Below, piece after piece: positions 12,487-25,528 of a stretch of DNA of 64,000 nt. Source of the DNA: Basidiobolus meristosporus CBS 931.73 (lineage: Eukaryota; Fungi; Basidiobolomycota); the NCBI GenBank assembly GCA_002104905.1, contig MCFE01000349.1:25113-89112 (forward strand), given 5' to 3'. Numbering within the stretch: the stretch's first letter is position 1; each line of letters starts with the position of its first letter. The position numbers and the translations under genes are program-made. The notes beneath the pieces are model-generated. The model was not told the DNA's origin, made no database searches, and saw only the letters and a list, made by a program, of their open reading frames with translations.

Positions 12487-14913
12487 GGCCAGGGCATGAT
12501 TGGTTTAATAACAGGCACTACATTGATGCCAGACTCGCGTGTCGATAGTGTCGGAGTCCCACCGCGATTGGTGGGATTTGGCTGGCCGAACATTTCGATT
12601 ATCAAGCTTTTAAGATCAAGTTAGTTTGGTTTTAATGGGTTGCTGCATTTAGCAGGATTCGCTTAATAATTTAATAATCCACCGATGATTTGGCTGTCTG
12701 GCTGGAATTTCCTAATAACAACAAATCATCGGCGAATGCTGGCAAGGAAAAAAATTGAGTCATGCGTCTGGGCGTCCCAATTTGGAGTGACAATACCAAA
12801 GCGTCTGACATGGAAGTTAATAACCTCGGAGATCGACTTAATAAATGGCCGCGCCCAGGAAACCAATCACCGCCCGAAGGACTCAATGACCCAACTATTC
12901 TTTTCCATCCAACCGACCAATCGCGCCCTCCTTGTGAACCGTAACAAATAACCCTAAATCCAGTGCGGATCCGTATCTTGTGTTGCTGCGTGTTTCGCCA
13001 GATCAGGCTTGTGAAACAGCCGGATTTATTAAGTAATTTCATTTGGTTAGACACGATGTTGACTTAATAATGGCTGATGGAGCCAGAGGTGTGTAATGAG
13101 GGAGGTTTTTACGATTTGCATGGTGTTTGGCAGGGCTTCGGACGGAGGGGACGAGGCGTTGGAATAACCTAGGTGGTGCGGATTCCATAACTGTCAAGAT
13201 ATACCTAGACATCATCGATTGCCCCCAATTGGTGGAGTTCTATTTGAAACCCTGTGCATGCATCAAACCATTGCTGTGGATGTGGCGACTTGTATTATCA
13301 GGACGGTGGGTGAGAGAATGCAAAAGGGGCTCTGCGCACATAATGGATTACTGGAATTGTTGTTGCTATGGCTATGACTCGGTTCACTGTTACTATCAGC
13401 TATTATCAGCTGAAATCTAATGCACCTAGTAGATTAGGCGCTTGGACGTTACAACCGAATGCTTGTTAGTATGTTGATCATGTTATAGGAAAAGGCATTG
13501 GTAGATAAGCAAAAGTAGACATTCTGGCCTCTTTGGGTGAGTGCTAGAATTCTTTTCTATTTGTTGTGTAAATATTGCAATCGTCATCCCCAATGGCCAT
13601 TTTCAACATTGTCCTGTTATCCGACTTGCAACATTACATCACCCGCATGCTACATAGGGCATCTCTTTGTATTATTGATGCAACTGACTCACAGCGATGA
13701 GAACCACCATAAATGACGCTGCAGTGAGGTATTTCTGTGACGAATTGATTGCATTATATGAAAGAAGCGAAGATATTAAGAGTTGAGTTAGTGGAAGTAC
13801 GAGCTGTTGGAGGGAAGTTGTTTAACACCTTTGTTCTTGCGGATCATTGGGGCATTCTCTTTCCCTTGAATTAACAGGGCAGTAGAGTAGAAGCGCGTAG
13901 CCATTCATCCTCTATAGTCTTCCATTGGTCATTTACCGATATGTTACGGCTGAACTTTAAACCTATTAATGTAAATAGTTCCTGAACCACGTATACAATG
14001 TTCACCACGATGAGTCAAATTGATATTCATATAAATTTCACACTTGCAATTTGCTTACTGCGGCAAAGCATCCCCTTTCAAATACACTAAACATACTGAT
14101 CGTGCAAAAAGGTGAACTTTGTTTCTTCGAGCTCTCTGTGTATAGTCAAAACTTTTATTTGTTGTAAACGATTGATTGGTCTCCAAACTGCCCATATACT
14201 ATGATTTAACACTTGGAGATCATAGATCAAATTGAAGCAAAAGCAAGGAAAACAATTGTCAATGTATTCAGAGAACACTTCAACTAATGCTTTAACTTTC
14301 ACTTTACCTGCTGGTGCTAGAAAGTAGCAAGAATTGACTGATTGCTAACGATTTAGAGTTCTCGGAGGTGATCTTTGCCATGAATGATGAGTATAGTATA
14401 ACTATTCATGTATTTCGATAGAGTACTTGTTCTCTATGAGACTAACCAGATCACTAGTTCTTTGGAGTTATGTATATACTAGAAGCAACCATGTGGTACT
14501 AAAAATTGCACTGAGCTTCCTAGAACCTTACCCAGAATATACATGGCGATGATTTTATGAAGCCAACCCATATATTAATCTATACATGCAAGTCACACTC
14601 TGTCCAGTTGCAGTCCCACACTACACTTAACAATATTCACTTAATAGTCTGTTTAGGACCTAGTTACTTAGTATCGTATATGTGGCGCTCTCTTAGCTAT
14701 GATATCAGTTATATTCTTAGTAGTTACAAAGGATATACACCAATTCCAGGAAATGATGAATACACTGGAATTTCTCAAAATTTTCAAACCCCTTGAAAAC
14801 ACCATTGCCTTTTAGCACAACTTCTTGGGGCTTTTTTAAAAGCGCTCCTTACATTTATCAAGTACACCGAACTCGAATACTTTGCTCAATTCAATGAATC
14901 AAAAAGCGGGAAT

Positions 14914-15232
14914 TGTTGAAAATTTCGTAATTGCACCTACGTATTCCATTCACTTCGCCACGTAGATCATAGCCTACAAGTCTTCAAGTATTTTGCCCAA
15001 GTTCCTTGTTGGGATTTACTTGGAATATTTCCCAAAGATATCAGGTACCCAAAGTCCCCCAAACTTTGCACATATGCTCCTGGGACCTTCCTAAACATAT
15101 TCTACATGTTTGTTTTGCCAAGACCATGCAAAAGTAAAAACACTACTTTTACATTCATTAAATCATCAAGTGAAAACCATATAATCTACTTGTTCACCTA
15201 ATCACTTCCAATATCTCCACACTATTACATCA
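14914..15232 (+). mobile_element. Old, internally deleted solo Copia LTR
   Basis: TGTTGAAAATTTC...TTACATCA with clear blocks of the family LTR (TTCCTTGTTGGGATTTACTT, AAATCATCAAGTGAAAACC). No matching TSD. Confidence 0.85.
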
Positions 15233-15795
15233 GATTTCACCCTTCCAAAACTCCAAATCACTTTCAGCAACTAATACAAATCCAGTGGTAACCTTGAACA
15301 GTGCATTGGAAGAGGGATCATTTGGAAAATCCATGAGAGCTTTCAACTCGATCAAACACAAACACTGCGTTGCACACATTTGCACCAGCCCATTCAAGAT
15401 CGCAGTTTGACCGTTAAACATAGTGTGGCAGTGTGGAATGATTGGGGATTAGTGGCTACATCACTGATAAAGAGGGTTGGTTCAAATAGTTGGGGCTCCA
15501 GCAAGAATTGAATGGGATAGAGTACCAGCGGAGACTGCGAGGGGAGAGAAGTGACGGAGATGGCGAGCAGACGATTGTTACACTGCAGCATTGATGCTGA
15601 CCAAAGATTTACTTAACATGAGTCTAGCCTTCCTTACAGAGAATGGCGCTAAGGACATCAGAGAGACTATATATATATACCGTTGTGAATATCATAGAGC
15701 TGGGTAAACCGACAAACTGACTAATAAGAATAGACATGCTGCGCTCCTATTACAGCAGAGATGAGAGGGATCAAGCGGATATCTAGCCAGCTCTA

Positions 15796-16515
15796 TCAGT
15801 GAAGATAGGCGAAATTGGATGGTTTGCCGGGAGAGACTTGCACCACTTCGACACGTTTACGCTCCATAACTCTCCTTAAGGAGTCCATCAGTGGGTTCTC
15901 GAACTGTTGTATTCCCACGAATTCCCGTTGGATCCTTTCGGTCTCCTTGCTCAGACGAAGCTGATTCTTGGGATGGTGAAGGTAATTTGCATCGCCAGCG
16001 AGGAAGTGTTGTCTTTGGAGGAGAAGCTTTTGTTGTGTACGAGTCATGGCCGCTGTCTGGTTTGGGGAGGCGTCGGGGTTGTCTTTGGTACGAGGAAGGG
16101 AGGGGCCTGTGGAGGCGGGGTCTTCTTTGGGGGCGGTGCTTGGATGGTTAGTCGATGGGCTTGTTGGCTGGGTGGCTTTCTTAAATATCGAAAAACTGCT
16201 GTCTTTTGGTGACTGTTCTGGCGACACGCCAGGGGATCTTTCTCTGCGGAACGCCGGTAGCGTTAGAAACTGGGATTTAAAGGGTGCTTGCTGTTGAGTA
16301 CGTCCAGGCTTGGAGGCGACGGTGGCAGCAACCACCACCGCCTCTTTGGCTTTCGTTGGCCGAATGGAATTGCCGACCGCTGTGTGAACAGTAATGCCAG
16401 ACACGGGCTCCGTCAGAGCTACACTTAGACGTTTCAACTTATCCTGGAGAAAGCTCTCAGATGGGGTGCTCTCCTCTATTTCTGAGGCCTCCGGTTTTTC
16501 CTCCAAACTATTCAT
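15796..16515 (-). CDS. Tco89-like TORC1-associated protein (about 239 aa)
   Basis: ATG in CCCACCATG context, S/P-rich body. The C-terminal motif MTRTQQKLLLQRQ...RLSKETERIQREF...NPLMDSLRR resembles the conserved Tco89 segment, recognised from memory. Confidence 0.6.
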   Translation of the reverse strand: MNSLEEKPEASEIEESTPSESFLQDKLKRLSVALTEPVSGITVHTAVGNSIRPTKAKEAVVVAATVASKPGRTQQQAPFKSQFLTLPAFRRERSPGVSPEQSPKDSSFSIFKKATQPTSPSTNHPSTAPKEDPASTGPSLPRTKDNPDASPNQTAAMTRTQQKLLLQRQHFLAGDANYLHHPKNQLRLSKETERIQREFVGIQQFENPLMDSLRRVMERKRVEVVQVSPGKPSNFAYLH

Positions 16516-16869
16516 GGTGGGGATATGGTTGTTTTCGGGTGAGTTCCCTCGATAATCGGTGGGAAACCTAACTCCACTTGGTGAAGAGACTTCAGCACGC
16601 CACCCTCTACAGAGAGTATTCACAGCTCATCTAAACTGGGTGGTACAAGGGAATAATGATGGTATTTCAGTGGATTGCCTATGGCATTGTTTTGTCAGCA
16701 ATTCCAGGTAATGTTACATCTCATGAAGATGGATTCGATGATGTCTATCAACAAGTAACAACAATGGATTTATTTGCATGACTTTGATTAACCTCAGGGA
16801 TGTTTCTCTCCATGCATCCAGCACCCCCCAGACCTGGTGCATGTGGCGATAGACATGGCCGGGAGTAGC

Positions 16870-18201
16870 TCAACTACGGAACACATGCACTAAACGAGTG
16901 ATCGGCTCCCGACACAGCGGACATTCGTTTTTGGTTACCTTGAGCTTCTTGCCGCAGGTCATACATGTGGCCATATGACCACATTCCAGTATGACACAAT
17001 TGATGGTGGCGTCGCAACAGATTCGACAAAGACTTTCAGGGTCGGACTGGGCGTACTCCGCTAATGAGGAGAAGCTCAGTGGTGAACGATGCCTGCACAG
17101 ATGTTGCTGAATACTTACACATTTCTGCCTTGAAGTTCTCCACCAACCGTTGGGCCCGGTTTACCAGCTCCTGCTTCTTCATCCCTCTGGGGAACGCAAC
17201 ACAGTTGTCTGTGAGGATCCCTTGCAAAGTGTCAACGGATAATGTGGCCACGTCGATTTTGTCTCGAATCAAGGATAACACAGACGGGGCTGTTTCTTGC
17301 GGACACGGTCTTAGGGCTACGTAGTCGCTTGCCCCTAGATCGATCTCATCAAAGCCGTAGAGCTGTGCTAGCATATACTCCAGATTGTAGAGATCTCTTT
17401 CGGACAATTCATCGCGCCGGCTTGGTGCATCTCGTGGCACGGGTCGCGGGGATGGCACTGGGATGTTGTTACGGAAATAGATCTCGCGTTCCTCGGAGAT
17501 CGGCTGGTTGTCGTATACAATCGTCACCAGGCTTTCTTTCTCAGTGATATTTTCGGCTGGGAGATCATATGCTTGTATGTACATGTTTAACGCGTTGACC
17601 GACAAACCAGACAAACCATGTTTATCCATGGAAGACACTTGGATTGAAACGGGATCAGCTCGGCGGTTAGCCCATACTGCCTACTGAGTATACGTACTTT
17701 CGATTAACCGTGAGCAGTATCCACACACTTTCACCGGTCTGAAGCTTGAGGATTAGCAAGAGGCCTCGCAGTGTTGAGGAGAAAGTGTCTTACTGGACGT
17801 AGCCAAACTTGGGCAGGGGGAGGGTTTTCCTCGTACAGGCATGGCAGAAAACATTACCTAGCCCAGCCGCGGGTTAATTGGCTGCGCAAGTGGAACTGTG
17901 TAGAACGAGACCACTTACCGCAGTGATGACAATTGTACTAAGTATCCAACAAACGCAAAATACCCCCACAAACATATATCACGTTAATAGGTGGAGCAAA
18001 CAACACACAGATGGGCAGCAGCGTGGGTACCTTCTTTCGAAAAAAAGAAAACACGAGACCACACTGTATGCATGCATAGTATTCCTCTGGCTCCTTCAGC
18101 TTTGGAATAGAATGTACAAGCGGAGCGTGATAATTAAGACCTGGTTGCGGTGACTCTAGAGGTATATCTGCTGCGACCTCAAATTCTATCTCCTCGAACA
18201 T
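16870..18201 (-). CDS. FYVE-like + C3HC4 RING E3 ligase (RNF34/RFFL-like), multi-exon
   Basis: Exons encode [36 protein letters not shown] (FYVE-like), [15 protein letters not shown]...[11 protein letters not shown], and [35 protein letters not shown] (RING). Stop at 16870-16872. Confidence 0.88.
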
Positions 18202-18214
18202 GGATAAAACAGGA

Positions 18215-18316
18215 TCCAAAGCACACACAAAGAATACCTCCAAACCTCCAAATCCAAAGCACACACAAAGAATACCTCCAAACCTCCAAATCCAAAGCAC
18301 GCACAAAAGATACCTC
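18215..18316. repeat. 38-bp tandem repeat, about 2.7 copies
   Basis: Unit TCCAAAGCACACACAAAGAATACCTCCAAACCTCCAAA, starting 14 bp upstream of the RING gene ATG. Confidence 0.9.
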
Positions 18317-18994
18317 TGAATTAGTGGTCAACACTCGAAAGCGCTAAATCGGTGGTCCGCAGCACGAATTGGGAGCTGCAGAGAACAATCAGTACAGAGG
18401 AAGAGCCGAGCAGGATTGGATCTGGCCACATGCATGGCCAATGTCATGTGACGTTGGTTTCAACCAAGGTCTAACACCCAACACCGGCTTGATGGAACGA
18501 CTACCAGCAGCTGCGCTCTGGGCACCTCTATGATGTAGGACAAGGGAAATGCTCTCCTATCGCCCCTCCCCAAAAAACCAAAAGGGAGCTGAATCCATTG
18601 GAAGGCCAGATATTGACTGCCTTTGTACATCATTCATTTAATTGGCTTCTTTATTTGGGAAACATTCACTGAATAGCCCGGTTCAATCTAATGTTCATCC
18701 ATACTGGCCATTCGATCAATGTTTAGCCTGCTGGATGCAATTCTGATCCGAATCACGAATCACGAATATGCGATGCTTAAGAGGTGGGGGTTAGGAGAGT
18801 TGGAGGGGTTAGATGGCATCCAACTCAACTCGATTAAATTAAGCTTTATCCTTTTATACTGTGCCTTAATCCTACCGAGGAATTCTCTTTATTCACCCGA
18901 TATTCAAGTTACTTGCAACTTCTCTTTGGTTTCCTTCTCCTCTTGTGGGGATAAAGAGCAGTCACCTTCAGCCGTCTCCCCATTTGGTTCCCTA

Positions 18995-21845
18995 ATGTAC
19001 AAATTACCTAATTCTTCCAAGGAGAGCACCAAATCTCAAACGCAGGGTCGTTCGTCACTGGACAGTTCCCAAAGAAATGTCCCGTCACAGAGCAGACGCC
19101 CCCTGTCCTGTGCCCAACTTTCCTCCTCCCCCGACTCCCAATTGAGCACTCCCTTCGAGATCGAACGTCAGTTGCGTCGCTCCAAACTACAGGATATTCG
19201 TCATAGACGCACCTCGAATCACATATACTCGTTTATTCGGATAAACGCTCTGGTGGATGACCTGCGTTTTCCGGTCACAAGCGCTCGCACAAGCACCATT
19301 GAGGATCTTGCCAGACAAATCGAGGCTGAGTATGCGTTCAACTATTCTTGCTCCCCTGCTGCGCCTCTGGGGTCGGGTGGTGACTCAGAAGAGGAGTACG
19401 CCAAAATGGACCTATTGGGCCAGTTCGCAGAGTATGAGGAATTGGAGCCCAGTGAAAGCCAGCCGGCACCGCTGATATGCGGGTCGCTGTTTGTGGATCA
19501 GATAGAGCTTCGATTCTCGGATGTAGTTGGCGAGGTGCTGAACATGAACGATACTGTGCGGGTTGTTAACGTCTACGAAGGTAAATTCTACATGGTGGAG
19601 AATTGTGGTTCCATCAGCGGCTAACCCCATCTATGTGCATTGTAGCACCTGTGCAGAGTATTTCTCCAGTGAACAGAAGATCCTCAAGCTTCAGCGACAA
19701 GAAGCGGTGGTCTTTTCCTAGCATCAGACGGTCACTACGTGTCCATAGCCGGGTCCACTCTGCTACGGAATCGGAGATGTCTTACGGCTATGGGTCATCG
19801 ATGGGCAAGAAGGACTGGAAAGACAGCTTCACGGAAGTCCTTGAAGAGCGGTTCCAAGGGATCCTGTTCAACAACACACTCTTGGGATACTTCCAGCAGT
19901 TCTGCCTGCAGCAGTATGCAATCGAGAGTTTGTTATTTTGGATCGAGGTCGAGCTATTTCGCAACACTATGTTGGCCTTGGTCCCAAACGCCGCGCAGTA
20001 CATCTATCAAACGTATATTGCCAAGGACTCGCCACTCCAAGTGAACCTTTGTGATGAAATTCGAAATGAGATTCCGGAAACTTTTGGTTCCGAGGATGAT
20101 TACTTGCCGAACATCACGATCTTTGATGAGGCTCAGGAGTACATCTACGAAATGCTGATGCATCATACGTTTCAGTGTTTCGAGGAGTCGAGCTGCTACG
20201 AACAGATGCTGGATCAGTGTCAAGAGGGTAAGCTGCTATTTTCTAAATTGGGTTTCGCATGTCACACACTAATGCTCTGATGTGTATAGAATTAAATCGC
20301 CGTGCCAAATCAATAGTTCATCAGCCCCTGGACGGTCTCGCCATGAACATTGAGCTCATGGACAGTGTTCTTGCTGACATAAGGACACACCCCGACAAAA
20401 TCCATGAGGGCTGGTTCAAGGAAGACGTATTGGAGCGCGTAATCAAGAACTACTTTCCTGATTGCCCCTTGAATGGTCACAATTACTTCTGCGATGGGAG
20501 AAGACTTACTTTGGCCCAAAAGCGCAGGAAAATGCAGCTGGAGAAGAAGCTCTCCAAATTCTTCGGCCAGCGTCTGACCGAGGAGGAGCTCACGCAGCAG
20601 CAGCTATTTGAGGTGATGAATTCGAGAAGGAATAGCGTCACCTCAATATCGAGTCTCCCGTCATACATCTCTTCCAAGGCCCCAGGAAAAAAGAAAAAGC
20701 TCGGGAAGCTGGAGAAGTTGGAAGGTTTCTTCGGGAAAAGATTGTCAAACACCCAGCTGGAGTATCAGAATCTGATCAGCCGTAAAGAGATGCACTTGCC
20801 CGCAGATTGCACTAATTGCCAAAGCATCCCACCAGAGTCGGCCCTTCCCATTTCAACTTACAACGATTTGTCTTCAGAAGAGCGCAGGGTTCTTACAAAA
20901 CGTTCGAGGAAGCTAAAATGCTTACTCGGGGAGCCTATCGATGAGCAGACCGCTTTCAAATCTCTAACCTACCCAGTGATCAACCACAGATCTAGCGTTG
21001 ATCTCGACGCCTGTTCGTTGACAGACACTGTGGTGAGTGATCCGTTGCCATCCCCAGCACCATTGTATCGACGGACCTCCAAGGAAGTCAAGCGCAAGAA
21101 GCTGGTCAAGTTGTATCAGCTGCTGGGAACCTACCCCTCCGTAGATGACGTCAAAATCAAATCGCTGGAAAGAAAAGAAAGTCTTCTCGATAGGAATGGG
21201 AAGCCACTTGCACCAGAGATCAAGCGTCTGCACCTGAAGAAGGCCAACAAGCTCGAGCGAGTCTTTGGCCAGCATCCGCCAAAGGATTTGATTGTCGATA
21301 AGAGCAATGATGCCACCCCCGAGAAAAGAACATCCGTGCTCTCGTTGTTGGTAGAGAATGATGCCTCTGTCGAGGACTTGGTGGAGTACATTCAAGCCCT
21401 AACGTTGTTGAACGACAGTGATTCCCCTTCCACCGAAGATGAGGAGCTACCGTCATCGCATCAATACTCCAACTCAATCCCCAACCTCCCTACATATCTT
21501 GAAGAATCCGACAGAGAGCAGAAGATACTTGAGGAGCTCTCGGGTAGTAAAGCTACTCGTCAGCGGAAATTGGCCAAGCTTCGCCGATTTTTCGGGAACG
21601 ATCTGGGATTGGAGTCGTTGATCGCCCAAAATATCCTCCTGCGCCATCAGCTGGCTACTGAGGGATTGTATAGTTTACATGAAAGCTTGGAAGATCTTGG
21701 CCACCACAGCCTGGAGGATTTTGATTTAATCAACAACGAGACATTTGTTCGTACTGCCATGAAGAATGACCTTGAAATACTACGTCGGGAGGTAGAGGAG
21801 TTACACCGGCAGGCAAAATCCTCTTCCGCCATCGACGCAGTGTAG
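18995..21845 (+). CDS. RGS-domain protein with N-terminal ubiquitin-like segment and six KLxx(F/L)(F/L)G repeats
   Basis: RGS motifs (YFQQFCLQQYAIESLLFWIEVELF, AQYIYQTYIAKDSPLQVNL, IFDEAQEYIYEML). Three long ORFs are joined by introns near 19580-19644 and 20228-20289. The start codon choice is tentative. Confidence 0.85.
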
Positions 21846-22110
21846 GTGCTCTCAGTAATATATCCCACGCCATGCTTTGTTAAATTAATAATTCACATAC
21901 AAACGATCCACTTCGGTTTTCATTTTGTAATCATCTTCATTCTCGAATTACTGCCGCCATTCGCAGAAGCTACTGTCTATCAACTAGTTGTGTATACTAA
22001 GCACCCACCCTCACTCTCATTCTCACCGCTTGAAATAAACGAATCATCACATTTATCTATTAGTGCTTGGATTGCCTCTATATATTATACTGGATATCGT
22101 GTTTGTTCGA

Positions 22111-23687
22111 CTACGCACCATCATCGGATGCCCTTTGGGTGACCTCATCTAAATCACTATACATGCCAGTGGTTGTCTCGCAACACATCTTCTCGTCACA
22201 CTCCGAGGCGCATCGAAGTAAACAGATCGTCCCAGCCGTATCCTAGAAAGACAACCCACGTTAAACTTCGATGAACGTAAATGTACCAAGAAACTGTCTA
22301 GTTACTTTCTCGGTATCTATAGCCAGACGCTCTTGTGGGAATTCCGGTTGAATGGTGACCGAATGGATCCCATAGGAGTGCAACAAACTCCTCACCTCCA
22401 TGGCAACTTCCATGTAATCCGAGGAATTCGCAACATGGATATGTACCGAGGCTATGGTCTTGTTATCTGAAAGTTGCCAGATATGAAATTCGTGAAGGGA
22501 GACGACATGGGATATCTAAAGTACACTCGAATTCAGTATGGAGGCATAATTCGACGGCTGAGACGCGGCTACCTGGAGGATTTTTCTACGAAGTTCATCC
22601 ACCGGAATGGACCGAGGTGTTCCCTGGAGTAGAATGTAAACAGTCGACTTGACTGAAGGACAAGAGGTGAGTCGGCGCAGACACTCAACACAAAAGCATA
22701 TCATAGTTACCCAAAGGAATGCTGAAGTATAGGATTAGCCCAGTGATCAACAGGCTGCGAGATTGATTAGAATATGTTTCATGGGAGAGTTTGGTTGGTG
22801 CCTACCTGATAATGGGGTCAAACACAAATCTCTCAGGGAACGTGGTTAACCAGATGATCAGTGAGCTAACGATGACGGCAATACTTCCGAGGGCATCGCC
22901 AAGAACATGCAGAAAGACGCCATGCATGTTCAACCGGTCCCGATTCTGTTTAGGTTGACTGTCTATTTTGGATGTGACATCATTTGATATTTCAATTCCC
23001 AGAGCATCGGTCAATCCCTCCGCCATTCGAGGCTCAAGAACAGAATCAGCGTTTTCAATATTCCGTGGCGAAGGCTCGTCATGCGAATGGCCAATGTGGG
23101 AATGCTCTATGTACTCCGTTAAGACCGGTTTTATCCAAATCACAGCCAAACGTGCTTACCATGAAATAGGAAGAGCCCGACTAGGTTCACCAGTAACCCC
23201 AAGCCCCCCACAATTAGCACCCAAAGGGGATTCTTGATTTCTTGAGGGGGAACAAGTATGTGTAAGCCTCCATTCTTGGCACTACAGCCTAAACCGCTCT
23301 TACCTCGAGGTTCAAAAAAGCGCTGGATGGCTTCGATAAATATTGAAAGACAGAGGGCTATTAAAAACACCCCGTTGATCAATGCACCGATCACTTCTGC
23401 CCTTTGCCAACCGTAGGTGTAATGGGACTGGTAGGTTTTCTTCTTGGCAAGCTAGCAGGAGAAATCAGGGTTAAGCTGGTTCCTATAGCAGCTGAGTCAC
23501 ACGAATGGGACCAAACCTTCATGGCGTACAGGGCGACAATGATACTCAACAGATCACTTAGCATATGGAAGGAGTCAGCGACTAGTGCAATCGAACCCAC
23601 CACATAACCGACGACTAATTCGGTTACAAACAAAAGAGTTGTTAGGCCCAAAAGAATCAGAAGCCTCGTGGTTCGCTTCAAGGCCAT
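22111..23687 (-). CDS. ZRC1: Cation diffusion facilitator zinc transporter (Zrc1/Cot1/ZnT1-like), multi-exon
   Basis: ALVADSFHMLSD, YTYGWQRAEVIGALING, His-rich loop HSHIGHSHD, LNMHGVFLHVLGDALG, LLQGTP, VHEFHIWQLS, HSVTIQPEF and a C-terminal CLLRC...C...CC. Confidence 0.93.
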
Positions 23688-24159
23688 AATGTGGTAAAAG
23701 AATTTCCAAGCGGGAAAGGGGCCATCAGCCTTTTAAATACCGTTCGACAGAAGCAGCTTGTATGCACTAAACCCTAACTCCTCCAAAAGCAATTCAAATC
23801 CCACGAATACTCATTCACAACCGCCTATCAAGAGAAAAGCAGGGATCTTCGTTGACTACATGCTTATGCAATCCCGAATTAACACAAACGATCTACCCAC
23901 CACTTGGCCAATAAAATGAGCTCACCTGTGCTTACGGGGCTCGCAAAAATACCAAATAGGTAGCGTCGGGGTTGTTTCACTGGACCAGTCTTCGAGTCCT
24001 TTGAAACTTCGTCAACGTTGCCATGGTTTTAGATATCCATCTGGTCGCTTGCCCAGCTTCATCGGAGATTTCTTAAATCCCTAATCGACATGCAGCCACA
24101 AAACCATATAACCCTGCCAACCCTTCGTCCCTTTTGTTTATTTTGCCTTCATCTATACA

Positions 24160-25085
24160 ATGACAACAACCAAGCCTACCCAAGTCAAACTGGTTCTTCT
24201 GGGTAATTCTACACCTTTCTGCGTACTGCTCATACGGCTTACCTTGATATACGTGTGGTAGGGGAAGCAGCGGTTGGAAAATCCAGCCTGGTTCTTCGTT
24301 TTATCAACAACGACTTTCAAGAGAACAAAGGACCTACGATCGGTGGTAAATAAGTCCCTTCATTTATGACCATATGTCTTCAGTAACACTGAAATGTACA
24401 TGGCACAGCGGCATTTCTGACTCAAAAATACCACCTCGATGACAGAGTGATCAAATTTGAGATATGGGACACGGCAGGCCAGGAACGCTTTCATTCTCTA
24501 GCTCCAATGTATTATCGCAATGCCCAAGCTGCAGTCGTACTCTATGACATCACCAAAGCAGTGAGTTCCTCAATTATAAGTAACTCTCCAAATAGCATCA
24601 TTCACTGTTCTTCTGAACCTCTAGACCTCTTTGGAAAATGCCAAATCCTGGATAAAGGAGCTTCAAAGACAAGCAAGTCCCAATATAGTGGTCGCTCTGG
24701 TTGGCAATAAGATCGACCTGATAGTAGCAGCTGAAGAAGCGGACGAGACGTGCATGATCCGGGGGATATCCACCGAAGAGGTGGAGACATACGCTAGCGA
24801 GAATGGGTTGATTTATTGCGAAACCAGTGCGAAGAACGGGCAAGGTATTAATGAGCTATTCGCTAAGATTGGTAGGTCAGCCTTCGCACCAACTTGTCCT
24901 TTTGGCAAAAAAAGTAACCTGTTCTCGGCTCAAAAGCCAAGGAGATTCCCTTGGAACAAAAGCCAGCTTTCTCTCAAACACATCCTCGCACGCTTGAAAT
25001 TGAGCGGACCCGAATTGATCTTACCGACGGAAATCAAGACAATGGGAACGTCAACACGATGCTCGCCTCCGGCTGTGCTTGCTAA
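24160..25085 (+). CDS. VPS21: Rab5-family GTPase (Vps21/Ypt51-like), 5 exons
   Basis: [60 protein letters not shown] and a C-terminal CAC prenylation motif. Confidence 0.92.
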
Positions 25086-25528
25086 GCGAAATCTATGGAA
25101 GGCCCTGTCTACAAACTCCAGTAACTGTAAATAAAGTATAGGCCGATTCCAGTATGCCATATGTATCTTATCAAAAATCTTTTAGCTTGTGAATAATCAA
25201 GGAACTAGAGGATTAGGATGATATCTTTGAAATAGGGAATCAAACAAATATACATCATTCGGATTGGTCTCGTTTGTATAAACATCAGCACCTCGTCCAT
25301 CCGCCATGATTGGCTAGCCGCCAACTAATATGGAAACACCAAACATTAACCAGAGAATGGCGTTCTTGGTGGGAAGAGTAGTGCCCAAATATAAAGTGGC
25401 GTGTGCGGTTCTCGTTTCGACTTTGGTGACCCCTTCAATTTAGTTTTGTTGATAAGTGAACTGTTCAATATCTTGCATCACTTTGTATTTACTCAGATCC
25501 ACTATTAATTGTCTTATTTTTTCCGAGA

